Positions 49,417 through 60,880 of a stretch of 64,000 nucleotides of DNA are shown piece by piece. How positions within the stretch are numbered: position 1 is the first letter of the stretch; every line of letters begins with the position of its first letter. The notes under the pieces were generated by a model. It had not been told where the DNA came from, ran no database searches, and worked only from the letters and a program-made list of their open reading frames with translations. Position numbers and translations under genes: made by a program. Source of the stretch: Lama guanicoe (Eukaryota); assembly GCA_013239625.1 (NCBI GenBank), contig MU055744.1:1208355-1272354 (forward strand), read 5' to 3'.

Positions 49417-49522
49417 ATTTTATTGATAGATTCATTTATTTAATTTGACGGAGGCACTGGGGATTGAACCCAGGACCTCGTGCGTGCTAAGCACGCGCTC
49501 TGCCGCTGAGATACACCCTCCC
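49417..49522 (-). mobile_element. vic-1-like SINE
   Basis: GGAGGCACTGGGGATTGAACCCAGGACCTCGTGCGTGCTAAGCACGCGCTCTGCCGCTGAGATACACCCTCCC preceded by a T-rich tail. Confidence 0.9.
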
Positions 49523-49534
49523 TATTCACGGGTT

Positions 49535-50085
49535 TTTTGGATTGAGGTGTAGTCAGCTTACAGCGTTGTCTCGGGTTCTGGTGCGCAGCGTCACGGTTCA
49601 GTCACACTGCGCGTGCGTACGTTCCTTTTCACGCCCCTTTCACCGTCTGTTACCTCAGGGCTCAGTGCAGTTCCCTGTGCCGCGCAGGAGGACCTCGTTG
49701 ACTCTCTGTTTGGTGTGTGGTAGTTGGTGGCTGCAGACCTCGAACCCCCGCTTTACCCCTTCCCACCCGCTTGCCCCTGGTGACCTTAGGTTTGTTTCTA
49801 CGCCTGTGAGTCTGCTTCTGTTTTGTAAATAAGTTGGTCTTTTTTTCAGATTCCACACTTTAGTGATCTCATATGGCGTTTTTCTTTCTCTTTCTGGCGT
49901 GCTTCTCTTAGAATGACCATCTCCAGGTCCATCCGTGTTGCTGCAAATGGCATTATTTCATTCTTTTTTATGGCCGAGGGGTGGTCTATTGTATAAATAC
50001 ACCACAACGCCTTTACCCAGTCTTCTGTCAACGGGCATTTTGGTTGCTTCCCTGGCTTGGCTGTTGTGAACAGCTGAGCGCAGTT
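49535..50085 (-). mobile_element. 5'-truncated L1 3' end
   Basis: GTGAGTCTGCTTCTGTTTTGTAAATAAGTT and CTCCAGGTCCATCCGTGTTGCTGCAAATGGCATTATTTCATTC; homologous to the copies at 4510 and 43555. Confidence 0.9.
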
Positions 50086-53000
50086 TGAATCACACTTGGT
50101 AGTCTTGGCGGGAGGAGGAGGGGCCCGCATCCCTGGGGAGCACCGTCCTCCCAGGAGAGCTGGGATGAGACAGAGGGAGGCATCAGCCCTAGGAGATCAG
50201 TGCAGCTGCCTTCACCCCGACAGGTGGGCTTCCCCGTCCATGGCGCTGGGGGTCCCTCGCGGCAGGTGTCTTGCTTCATGGCAGACTGGACCAGACCAGC
50301 TGGGTCAGAGCTGACCCTCCCGTCACTGCGGGTTGAACCTGGTGGACCCCAGGGCGTGTCTCCCCCTGTGAAACGGGAGCGCGTATTAGCTCGTGAGCCG
50401 TGCAGAGCAGCGAGCAGACCGCGGGTGTACAGAGCTCTGCTCCCGGTGCAGGCCCAACCGCTGACGATGCCACTGGAGAAAGTGGAATTCCACCCGACGG
50501 CGGCGCAGCACGTCTGAGTGCCAGGCTCTCTCAGAGCGGCCCGATGGCGAGTGGCGGGCACAGCAGTGAGCAGGATGCCGCTGTCCCTCACGGCCTGCCC
50601 TTGGCGTGGGGCGAGGCCGGGCCCTGGAAGACCTCGGTATCTCGGGCCCTGCATGAAGTCCGTAGGAGTTCATCCGTCAGCCCGCGGGCATCGCGTGTCT
50701 CCGTCTCCGGGTCTCCGCTGCGTGAGAAGTGAAGGAGGTGCCCTCCGTGGAGGAGGTGCTCCTGTTAAATTGTCCGGACGTCATCGAGTCCCCGAGCCGC
50801 TCAGTACATCTCCGGCTGGGCCTGCGTGGAGCAGCTGGTGAGCTGGAGCCGCGCTGGCCTTTACCCCGGGGAGGCCCCCTGCGTCCAGTGCTACGGGCAG
50901 ACCTGGCGGCTCGGCCCCCGACGGTGTGGGAAGCTGGGGCCGTGAGGTTGGACAGACCCAGATCCGGGCCTCCCTGTTTCCTCAGCTGTGAGGTGGGTCA
51001 TGAGTGATCCCAGCTTGGGGGGTTGTCCTTGGATGAATGAGCGAGGCGCTATGCCCGGCCGGGGCACAGAAGCCGGCGGGCAGTGCTAACGTGTGCGGGA
51101 GTCAGTGGTCGTGGACCCCGCGTTCTCCCTGCCTGCTTGTTTTTGGAGGAGATGCTTCTGGAAGCGAGAGCTGCCACCCACGTGGCTGCAGCCATCTGTG
51201 GGGCCTTGGACGCCTCTGAAGCCGTCACGGGATCCCTGCTGGGTGGCGGAAGCAGGGCCGTTTCAGAGACAAGGTTAATGCGCCGTAGACGGTCATCCAT
51301 CGACCATTTGTTCATTCATTCCCTCGCTAGATTCCGAGCCCCTGCTGTGGGCCGCTGCCCAGGTGTTTGGCACAGGTGGGGGAGAAGAGGGTCCCAGGCC
51401 CCGCCCCTACAGAGCATCTGGCCAGCTTGTCACCTCAAGGCCACCTGTTTATTTACCCCAAGGGCCCCAAATTTGAAAGCTCCAGTCCAGCAGGCAGCGT
51501 CTATTAAATAGTGATGAGGTCACTTAAAATGGGTTTTGAATGAGCATAGCATAAATAAACAAGGAATTAATTCATTTTCCCATGTCTTATTGATCAAAGA
51601 CCTTGTCATTGGCTGCCAGTCAGAGCATCTGATCGACAGGCCTCCGCCGCCTGGCCCCCCAGGAGTTCGTTTCGCTCCAGAGGAAGCAAAGTGACTTGTC
51701 GTCACCAAGCGCAGTTTTAGTGCCACTTGTTGAAATATTTCAAGAAACTCAGTGCTGTCTCTGAGCCTCAGTTTCCACCCCTGCAAACTGGGGCTCAGAG
51801 TAAAAGTTCCTTGTAGGGATGGAGCGAAGGCCAGGAGTCTGGCCTTGGAGGTTCAGCTGACCCAGACCCGTCCCCGCTCTGTCACCTCCTTGCGGGTGAC
51901 CTTGGGAGGGCTGGGCAGCCTCTTGGGCCTCAGTCTCTCTGCGATGGCTCCTGGTTGCCGTGAGCAGCACAGCCCTTCGCCAGGAGCCTGGCACCGTGGA
52001 AACCTTTGCTACACGAGAGCTTTGGAGACTCTGGGGTGGCAGGGCACCAGAGTGCAGCCCCTCGTAGTGATGAGCCTTGAGCCAGGAGTCAGGCCTGCAC
52101 AGAGGGGTGAGTCCCATCCCAGAGTCCAGCCCCGGGGTGCCCGGCGTCCTGGGGGCTCCGAGGGGCAGGGCAGCCAGCCCACCTTGGACGCTCAGACCCC
52201 GCCTTGTTCCTCTTCAGCAGTGCTTTCCCTCCCTCCTCAGGTAGGGGCCTGTGGTCATCAGTGCCTCTGCACCGTTACGGCATGAATGCGAGCCCACCGT
52301 GTCACTGCTCTGAGCTTCGCTTTGTCCGTCTTTGGAATGGGGTTGCGACGGCTCACACCTCGGGGGCCATCGCAGGCTGTCAGTGGGTTTGTCACTGGAG
52401 CACAGGCTGCCATTGTCACCTCCCTCCCTTGCCTGCCCGGTGCCCGGGCCACGTACGTTCAAACGGCAGATCCCCGGCCAAAGCCAGCTGCCATGTGACC
52501 TCATGCAAGGGGCTTCAGCTTCCCGTGCCTCAGTTTCCCTGTTTGCTGCTGCCTCTCAGAGCTGGGATGCGTGAGCAGCGGGCGTGTGAATGAGCTGCGG
52601 AGGGACCTGCGCTCCGGGGCTCTCCTTCCAGCCCTGCCTGGGGGAACAGCACGCCCAGGGAGGGGCAGCGGGAGGGGCCTCGGGGGCCTGAAGGCTGCCT
52701 GCCCGGTGGGGCAGGACCTCCATGTCTCTCCCACGGACTGGGGGTGTCCCTGGCAGCATCTCCCCGATCAGCAGGGTGGCTGCCAAGTGGCCAGAGTGGA
52801 GCCACTGGAGCTGGGCCAGGAAGCCTTCCCCAGGGTGGACGGGGACCTCGAGGCTCAGATCCAGCCCGTGTCCTCAGGGCCCTGCTCTGCTTCTCACATC
52901 CAGGGTCCCCATGCTGGGGCCCCGGGACAGCTGAGTGACAGGTGACAGTGAGCAGCAGGCCTGGGCTGTCCTGTCCTGCTGCGCCAGGGAGCCTGTGTCC

Positions 53001-53217
53001 TCACGCTAATCTGATTTCAGCCTGATTAGGTCCGAGGAGACTGGAAAGGGCCCGAAATCAGGGGCTGACGTGTCCGGGACACAGGCAGCCCCGCCTCTCC
53101 ACGCAGCAGCTGGGCCCGAACGAGGCACTGCTCAAGGGCAGGAGAGCCCTGCTGTGGCTGGGGTTGGGGAAGCGGGGGGGGGGGCAGCCCACACCCACGG
53201 GGTGCCCTAGACAAATA

Positions 53218-53285
53218 CAGTGGCCCTGCCCCCGTGCTGGGCTGCCTGCCGCAGTGGCACTGCCCCCGTGCTGGGCCGCCTGCCG
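53218..53285. repeat. 34-bp tandem duplication (2 mismatches)
   Basis: CAGTGGC(C/A)CTGCCCCCGTGCTGGGC(T/C)GCCTGCCG occurs twice. Confidence 0.9.
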
Positions 53286-54884
53286 CGGGGCCAGATTTTG
53301 GGGACAGACCCTTATCGTGGCCACTCGGCTGGACTTCTGAGGCCGAGCTTCTGGATGCTGGTGAAGCAGTGACCGCCCTTTGTGGAGGGCCCGTCTGGCC
53401 GAGGAGAGAGAATGCCGCTCGGCCCTGAAGCCACGGGAACACGGCCGCCCATCAGGCCTTCCGTGGCCACAGGACACGGATGGGCAGCTTCTGGCTCACA
53501 CTGGCCCCGGCCCCCTGCTCCACCGTCGCTCTGCTTGTGGCTGGGACGTCCCTGCAGCCGCTCTGGCCCAGCGTCCTGTCACTTGTACCTTCAGGAGTCT
53601 CTCTTCCAGAATCTGAAGCCACCCCTGATGTGAGTGAGGGAGCACGGGGCTCTGATTCGCTGGGCTCTGGCCACACACCCTGCCGGGCCCAGGGGTGGTG
53701 AGGACGGAGCAGAGGAGGACAGGGAGTGGACGTGAACAGCAGAAGCAGCGGCTACCCACTGCCCTTGCTGAGCGGAAAGAGAAGGGGGCCTGTCCTGTCC
53801 TGTCCCGTCTCCATCTCTGGGCCTCAGTTTCTCTCATTGTACAGCGATCATGACCGTATCACCTACTCTAGCCACTTTTAGCGTGAGAGAGTGTTGGCAC
53901 GTACACCGGACAGAAGGGACTGGGACCCAGGGCATTCTGGAGACAGACCCCGTCCCCCCAAAGGGCGTGCGCCACTCTGGAGCAGACACGGGCTCCAGTC
54001 TCAGCTCTGCTGCCTTCTGATCTGGAGCCAACCTTCTCCGCTCTCTGGGCCTCAGTTCTCCTTACCTGTAAAATGGGGTAATTGTTGGTGGGAGGCCAGG
54101 GCAGGCAGCACCAGGACCCAGGAGCCCCATGGATGGATGGGGGTGCGGCTGCTGCCCACTCCCCACCCCCCCCGTGGAGCCCGGTGGTTTCTCCCAGTCC
54201 CGCGGAGTCCCTGGCCCGAGGTCCGAATCCATGTGCACAGCTGTTGTCCAGTGCCAGCCCAGGGAGGGCTTGGGGCGGTTCTGGAAGGTTAGGGGCCTGA
54301 GTGGCCACAGTGGGGGCAGGGCCGGGCCAGGCAGACGCTGTGTCCATGGGGAGCCTGCCCCATTCTGAGCCCCCGAAAGGAAGCCTGGCTGGCCACCTGC
54401 GATTATGGTTAGGAGCTGTGTAATTAGCTCTAAAAATGGGAGGCTGAGGCGGAATTAAAATACACGCTTAGCGGCAATTAGAGACGAGTGGTGTGCAAAA
54501 AATAGTGGAGCCAGACTGGAAGCTGCAGCCGTCCTGCGGGCGGCAGGGGGTGTAGTGGGGGGACCGGGCGGGAGCAGGAGGGTCTGAAGCTGCAGGGCCG
54601 GGCGGGGGTGCCAGGTGGGCTCTGGTCCGGACCCGGCTCCTCCGTCTGCAGGCTGCGCGCTGGTGTCCACAGGCGGGGCGCTTAAAGCACCTGGCGCGTT
54701 TTCAGGCAGGGAGCTGGGAGTCCGGGAGCGTGGTGTCCGCGGGGCGGGCTCCTCCCTGGGGGCTCCGTGGGAGCGCCTGTCCAGGCCTCTCCCAGCTCCT
54801 GGTGGCTTCCCTGGCTCGGGAGCATCACCTCCGTCCTCACCCAGCCTCCTCCCTGCGGTCTGTTTCTCTGTGTCTCTCTGTTTT

Positions 54885-55175
54885 TTCCATTAAGTTCTCT
54901 TATCAGGGTCAAATACACAAAACATGAATATACCATTTTAACTGCTTCTAAGAATGCAGTTGGGTGGCATGGGGAGCCTTCCCGAAAATGCTGCATAACC
55001 ATCACCGCCGTTGTTTCCAGAACTTGCTCGTTATCCCGAAGAGAAACTCTGTCCCTGGTAAACACTGGCCCCCCTCCCCCCGCCCCACCCTGTTTCTGTC
55101 GCTGTGGATTTCCTTGTCCTGGGTCCCTCGTGTAAGTGGAATCCCGTGAGTTTGGTCCTTCTGTGTCTGCAGTGT
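54885..55175 (-). mobile_element. L1MB-like 3' end
   Basis: TACCATTTTAAC, TGCATAACCATCACC, TTTCCAGAAC and GTAAGTGGAATC...TTTGGTCCTTCTGTGTCTG. Confidence 0.75.
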
Positions 55176-55204
55176 CAGGGCAGGCACGGCTGGGAGAGTT
55201 TTAG

Positions 55205-55410
55205 GTCCACACGTCCAAGCCAGTAGCTGTAGCCAGCGTGGCTGTTAAATTTACATGGATTAGAATAAAGTTAAATGAAAAGTGCGGTGGTTCAGTGGGA
55301 CCGGCCGCGTTCCGAGTGCTCGGTGGGCACGTGTGCGTGGCTGCCCGGCCCTCAGCACCCATACGGAGCGTTTCCGTCTCCAGAAAGTTCTGCTGGAGGG
55401 CCCTGCTCCA
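55205..55410. mobile_element. hAT-Charlie MITE (MER3/MER33-like)
   Basis: TAGCCAGCGTGGCTGTTAAATTT...AATAAAGTTAAATGAAAA...GTGCTCGGTGGGCACGTGTG...CAGAAAGTTCTGCTGGA. Confidence 0.65.
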
Positions 55411-56865
55411 GGTTCATGGAGACGAGAGACGTGCTGACCAGCGCCGCGTGTGACAGGGCGGGACCCTGGGCCGGGCTGTCTTTTACTTCTGTCAGCACGC
55501 TTTGCTTCCTTTGCCTTCCTGTGTGGAAGAAACGTCAGGGCGTTTCTTGGCGGGGCGGGGTCGGTGTATGTTAATCTCCTGGTGTTGCCTTTGATGCCGT
55601 GGATGGGGGCGTCCTCGTTCTCAGGAACCACGCTCGTATGTTTGGGGGAAAGGAGGTCACATCTGCAGGTTACTCTCACATGTTCAGGAGAATTGTACAC
55701 GGACACACACTCAGACGCACACACCCAGATACACACGCACACACACAGGATGGTTAACAGGGCACAACCTTGGAGCCGGTGTCGGCTGTGGTAGTGACCC
55801 GCCCGGGCCAGCAGGATGGGGCAGCCCAGCGCAGAGGCTGCTCCAGGCCTGGGCGTGTCGCCCGTTGGGGGCGGGCGGCGGGGAGGTTGGTGTCTCTGTT
55901 GGGGCACCTGCCCTATGGAAGTTCTCGGCGTAGCTAGGTTCTCGCTGGACCTGCCGTCACTTCTGATTCTGGCCTGTCCTTCATCTAAGTCTGTCCTTGG
56001 GTCTAACTCTCCGGCACGCAGTCCCAGGCTCTCGGCAGGTCTCCTGAAGTCGGGCTGTTGGGCCCTTAGTGCTGCTTATGGATGAGGACGACTGGTAGAC
56101 CCCGGGTTACCCTTCAGCTGTGTGCGCCGCAGTCCTCACCCCTCGGTCACCCCCACCCCAAGCTGGATTGGGTGGGCTGATGGCTCCCACGTACCTAACG
56201 CCCACTCTGCCATCAGGGTACACAGTTAACCCAGCCAGGCCCGTCCTGTTAGGCAGCCAGGCCTCAGGAGCGGAAGCCACTCTCTCCAGGTCCCGCACGC
56301 TAGAATCATCGACAGGATTCGAACCCGGGGCTGTGTGACCCCAAGGCCTGCTGCCCCCACGTCCTGACCAGCTCTTTCCCACGGGGACTGGAAGCTGGCT
56401 GTCCGGGTCGGCGCCTGCCCCATCCCCCTGGCTTGGGCTGTGTTGCCAAGCCCACTGCAGGTGCCTGGCTGCCGGGTGGAGGAGGGACCCCAGTGTCGAT
56501 CTGGGAAGTGGGTTTCGGCCTTGTGCACCACCAGCCCCTGCTGCGTCTGGTGTGTGTGCCGCTCCCGGTCCACACGGCTTCCGTGGGGCTTTGTCACGTG
56601 TCGGGAAACGGGGCGTGTCCGTGCCCAGGAAGGCATCACACACGTGTGCACGTGTGCGCGCTGACTGAAAACCAGCGTATGTTGTTCAGTGTTCAGACGT
56701 GTGGATCCCCGCGCAGGGGCGAGCGGGGCCGCCTGTGACCGCAGGGCGTCCTCTGCGCAGGGAGGTGGTGGTCCCTGTTGGCACACGGAAGCAGAGGTTG
56801 CTGCTGGCAGCGTTGCTGCCCTCACAGATCGTGCAAGCTGAGTAATCTTCCCTTCTCTCCTCTAG

Positions 56866-56982
56866 TTCCTGTGTTTGAAGAACATACGTACCTTCCTTAA
56901 AGTCTGCCACGACAAATTTGGCTTAAGAAACAGCGAGCTGTTTGACCCCTTCGACCTCTTCGACGTCCGAGACTTTGGCAAG
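56866..56982 (+). CDS. VAV2: VAV2 coding exon 2 (aa 69-107, CH domain)
   Basis: Polypyrimidine tract plus TAG acceptor. 117 bp encoding [39 protein letters not shown]. Consensus donor AAG|GTGAGT; phase 0/0. Confidence 0.98.
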
Positions 56983-59900
56983 GTGAGTGGTCTCGCCTGG
57001 CGCCAGCTCCGCGGCAGGTGGGCCTGGCCTCTCCACACAGAGCCCACGCTGGGCAGGTGTAGGCTGGGCTGTGTCACAAACAGGAGGGGGCACGTCGGGG
57101 GCTGGGGGCGGCGGGTGGCCCCTCTTGCCTCTCCAGCCGTTCTGGGTGAGGGCATCACGGAGCCAGGAGGATGGAGGGGATGCAGGGTGCAGACAGGCAC
57201 GGAACGGTGATCCCCCCGGCCCGGCCTTGCTGTCTGAGCAGCCCTGAGCATGTATTTCCTATACCTCAAATCTCCGACTCATCATGGGATGACGGGCCAA
57301 TGTTAGCACCTGCTCTGGAGGGGGCGGGGCCGGCAGACATGGTGCGGGTACGCGTTCATTGTGCCACTCTGTGAAAGGAGGCATCGAGGTTGTACCTGAA
57401 ACAATCTCCCCCAGCTCTGAGGAGGCATCGGGCAAGGAGGGTGGTTATCTGAACACCCAAGCGCCTGGAGGTGGTCCCCGAGGTCTGGGGCAGATCGCCC
57501 GGGGCGGCTCCCCGTGTTCTCGGGGAGTGTCACTTGGCAGCGGTGCTGCAGCGTCCCGCCGGCACAGGTGAGGGCGGCCTGGGGCTGGGCAGCACAGAGG
57601 CCGAGGTGGGGCTTGCGGCTCCTCGCGGCTTCCTGGTGATCCTGGGCTCAGAGTCCAGCGCAGGGTGACACGTCCCACCAGGAAGCACTGCAGCCCCGAG
57701 GTCCCTCCTTTGAAAAGATGGGGGCAGGAGCTAGGTCTCTCGGTGGTGGACTGGGGCCGAGGGCTGGAGTCAGCCCGGCTCCCTGCTGCCCTGGGTCCCG
57801 GTGTCTCCAAGCCCCTGCCTGCTGGCGAAGGGCCTGCTGCTGGCACCGGCTCTGCAAGATGGCCCTGGACTACCTGGGGCGAGTTCCCGCCTGCTGCTGG
57901 GAGCTGTCAGAAGACGCTTACTGCCTGCTTTATCTGAGGGCTGTTATCGGGGACCTGGTGTTTGAGGCGTGTTCTATGGCTGCATGATTCATGCAGTGCA
58001 AGGGGAATTTTGTATCTGCAGCTGCAAATGCTGAGAAGTCGGTTCCAGGAGGAACCTTTATTTGAAGTGCCATCAAGTGTCGAATTAGCGTCAGTAACTG
58101 GGGCTTTCCCATGAGCCTCCTGGGTCTGACAGACTCTCCTTTGGGTCTGAAAATCTCTAGAAATGAGATTGGGGAACCTTGTCCAAGGGCCCACCTCTGT
58201 GTAATCAGTCAGCTCTCAGAGGCTTCTCTTCCTCTGAATGACTCACCCAGGTCCCTCCGGCTGCAGGGCGCCGGTCTGGACTCAGGCCCTAACGCCTTCC
58301 TCTGTCCGGGGCTCGGTGCTGGGGCGGGGGCCGCGGAAGCGTGAGTGGAGCCCTGCTGGCCAGTCCTTTCCCCTACGCGGGCTTCTCCGTTTTCAGAGTG
58401 GCTTCCACATGGATTAGAATCTCTCTCCTGTTCCCTCTCCTTGTGAACAGCACCAGGGAAGGCCCTTCGGAACACACACACACACTTTCACAAATGCACT
58501 CATACACACACTGGTATTTAAAATAATCGCATGGAGAAAAAGACGGGCTAGACCCCCGCCAAGCTCCCCAGCTTGGCCCGCTGTGACGCTCAGACGCCCG
58601 CTGGTCTGCACCCCGCTTTCCTTTCCCCTGGCTGCAGCCACGTGCAGGGATGCAGGGAGCATGTAAACTTGGGTGAAACGCTCGTCGTGGGGCCTGCTGA
58701 CTGGTGAGCACCAAGCAAGGGGGCAGCCCCCGTGGCGGTGGGTGGTTTGACCCCCACACAGAGGGCCCGCACGGGGCGAGCCCGGAGTGCAGTGGGTTTG
58801 GACCATTAGTCCCGGTGTAGGTGGGTGCTGGGGACGGAGTGGCGGCGAGGGACCCGCCCAGCCCGGCGTGGAGGCACGGCACGCAGGGTCCCCGGGCTCT
58901 GGGAGCGGCAGGGCTGGCAGAGTGCTGCGATGCCCAGAGCTGGCCTGGTCCTGCCCCTGCTCTTCTGTTGGGTCAGAGGGACCTGGTCCAAAGTCTGGGC
59001 CCACAGAATGGCCGACGACCTCAGCAGATGACCCAGTGACTCTGACCTCTCCCGGTTTGCCGAGGAGTGGGTGGAGCTGGGAGCCCTCGGCGTGGTGCCC
59101 AACCTGGAGCAGGTGCTCGTCAAATGGCGGCGCTGTGGCCGCTGCGGTGCCCTCCCCGCCCCCAGGTCTGCTTGAAATGGAGCCGACCCCTGTGGTTGGG
59201 TGGCAGCCCCTCTCTCTTATTTCTTTGCTGTTACTTTTTCGTGAAGACTTAACATCTGCATTTTGGGAATCAGAGCCCGAGGTGGGGCGGGGCTCAGCAC
59301 ACGGACCGCGGAGCCCTGAAGGCTGCATTCAAGCCCCAGCCCTGCTGTCACCCGTGGCGGCCATGCCCAGGTGACTTTTTCCAAGTCCTGTCTGTAAGCT
59401 GGTGACGAGGCCCGTGCCCTCCGAGGTCTCTTGAGCAGCACGCAGACCCGTGCGTGTGGGCTCTCGGCGCCCGGTGCATGGCAGGGGCTGGCTCTGGTTC
59501 TCGGCCGCACCTCCCTTTGGCCCGTGTGTCCGTGTGTGTGGAGGCCGCCCGGGCTGGGACCGGGCCTCCTGAGGCTGCTGGCGCTGCCCGGGGAGGCGGC
59601 CCTGGTGGGAGCGCGGCCTGCCCGCCGCGTCCTCCCTTCCCTCTGACTGCATGTCCCCGTGCCACTCTCCTTCCCGGCGGTCCGCGCTCCGCGTTGCGTC
59701 TGATGAGGGGCTGGGAGAGGCTGGGCGCCGAGACGTGCTCCCCACATGGGAGCCGCGGACCACGGCCTGTTTCGCTTGGCAAGTCCCTCCTGACATCTGG
59801 GGACGGGACACCCTGGAAAACACACACCAGCAGGGCCCCGTCTCCCCCCGGCCACACAGCTGTCTGCCCTGCTCGGGTATCCGAACACGGGGACTGTCCC

Positions 59901-60508
59901 CGCCCCAGTGCCTCTGGGAAGCGCCGCGGTTGACGGCGGGTAGGGGCGCAGCGCGGGGCTCCGGCCTGCTGGGTGAGGAGCAGGTCTGGGGGGCCTGGGC
60001 CTCTCATTCAGGTGTGATTTATGAGGACGGGCCTGCGGACCAGTCACCTCCGTGCACAGAGACAGCGGACGCTGCCAAGGTCCCCACAGCCCAGGAGCCC
60101 GGCCCTGCGGGCTCACCCCCGCCTGTCCAGCGATGCCCAGCGGTGCTCGGGGATGTCCAGCCGCAGGGATGCCAGCTTGCTCTACCGCCCGCGCCTGCCA
60201 GCCCAGCGGGGCAGGAGGATCTATCTCTGGGGGCAGTTCTGGTCTCTGCTGACTGGAGCCTGCCTGGGCCCGGGTGAGAGCGGAGCTGGGGTTTGTATTA
60301 GGACGCGTGGGAAAGGGGCCGGCTCTCAGTGGTCTGCCGCGGGGACCGCAGGGCAGGGATTTGAGGGGCGAGGTTCCCTGCTGGCTTTCTGCCTGGTCGT
60401 CTTGCACCTGCACACACGGGATTCTGGAGCGAAAGGGACCCTCGTGGGATAGCCGGTTAGTCAGTCTCAGGCTGGTTTGGAAATCCCCAGATCTTTTTCT
60501 TTGCTGTT

Positions 60509-60647
60509 ATTATTATTTTAATTAAAAAATGTTTTTTGGAGGGGAGGTAATTAGGTTTGTTTATTTATTTTCATGGAGGTGCTGGGGACTGAACCCAGGA
60601 CTGCGTGCCTGCCAAGCACGTGCTCCACCACTGAGCTGCACCTTTTC
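60509..60647 (-). mobile_element. vic-1-like SINE with target-site duplication
   Basis: GGAGGTGCTGGGGACTGAACCCAGGAC...TGCTCCACCACTGAGCTGCACC; TSD CTTTGCTGTT at 60499-60508 and 60648-60657. Confidence 0.9.
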
Positions 60648-60789
60648 CTTTGCTGTTGTTTAAGGAAGTTTATGGTGTGCAGGTCCTGTCTGGGTTTAGG
60701 TTTTGTGCTGGTCATTTTCTAAACAGCTGCTTCTCTGCTTCCCAAGGCTCTCACGTTGTCGGGGTCGCCCCTCGGGAAGGGAAGGGTCG

Positions 60790-60880
60790 TTCATTCGTTG
60801 GTTCCTCCACTCATCTCTCCATTAAGCCTTCAATTCACCGAGTGTTTATTAAGCACTTACTGTGCGAGAGATAAAACAGA
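60790..60880 (-). mobile_element. L2 3'-end fragment
   Basis: TCATTC...GTGTTTATTAAGCACTTACTGTGCG. Confidence 0.55.

Larger units (their letters stand above)
20282..56865 (+). other. VAV2: VAV2 intron 1 (36,584 bp as assembled, GT-AG)
   Basis: Starts GTGAGG and ends CTTCCCTTCTCTCCTCTAG; joins MSQ|FLC in frame. Confidence 0.95.

Noticed and set aside
59217-60413. Longest ORF in the window (398 aa, minus strand) and similar 200-300 aa ORFs at 28-31, 35-39 and 58-59 kb
   Set aside because: Pro/Arg/Gly/Ala-rich with no recognisable homology, overlapping ORFs in several frames, and expected by chance at this GC content.
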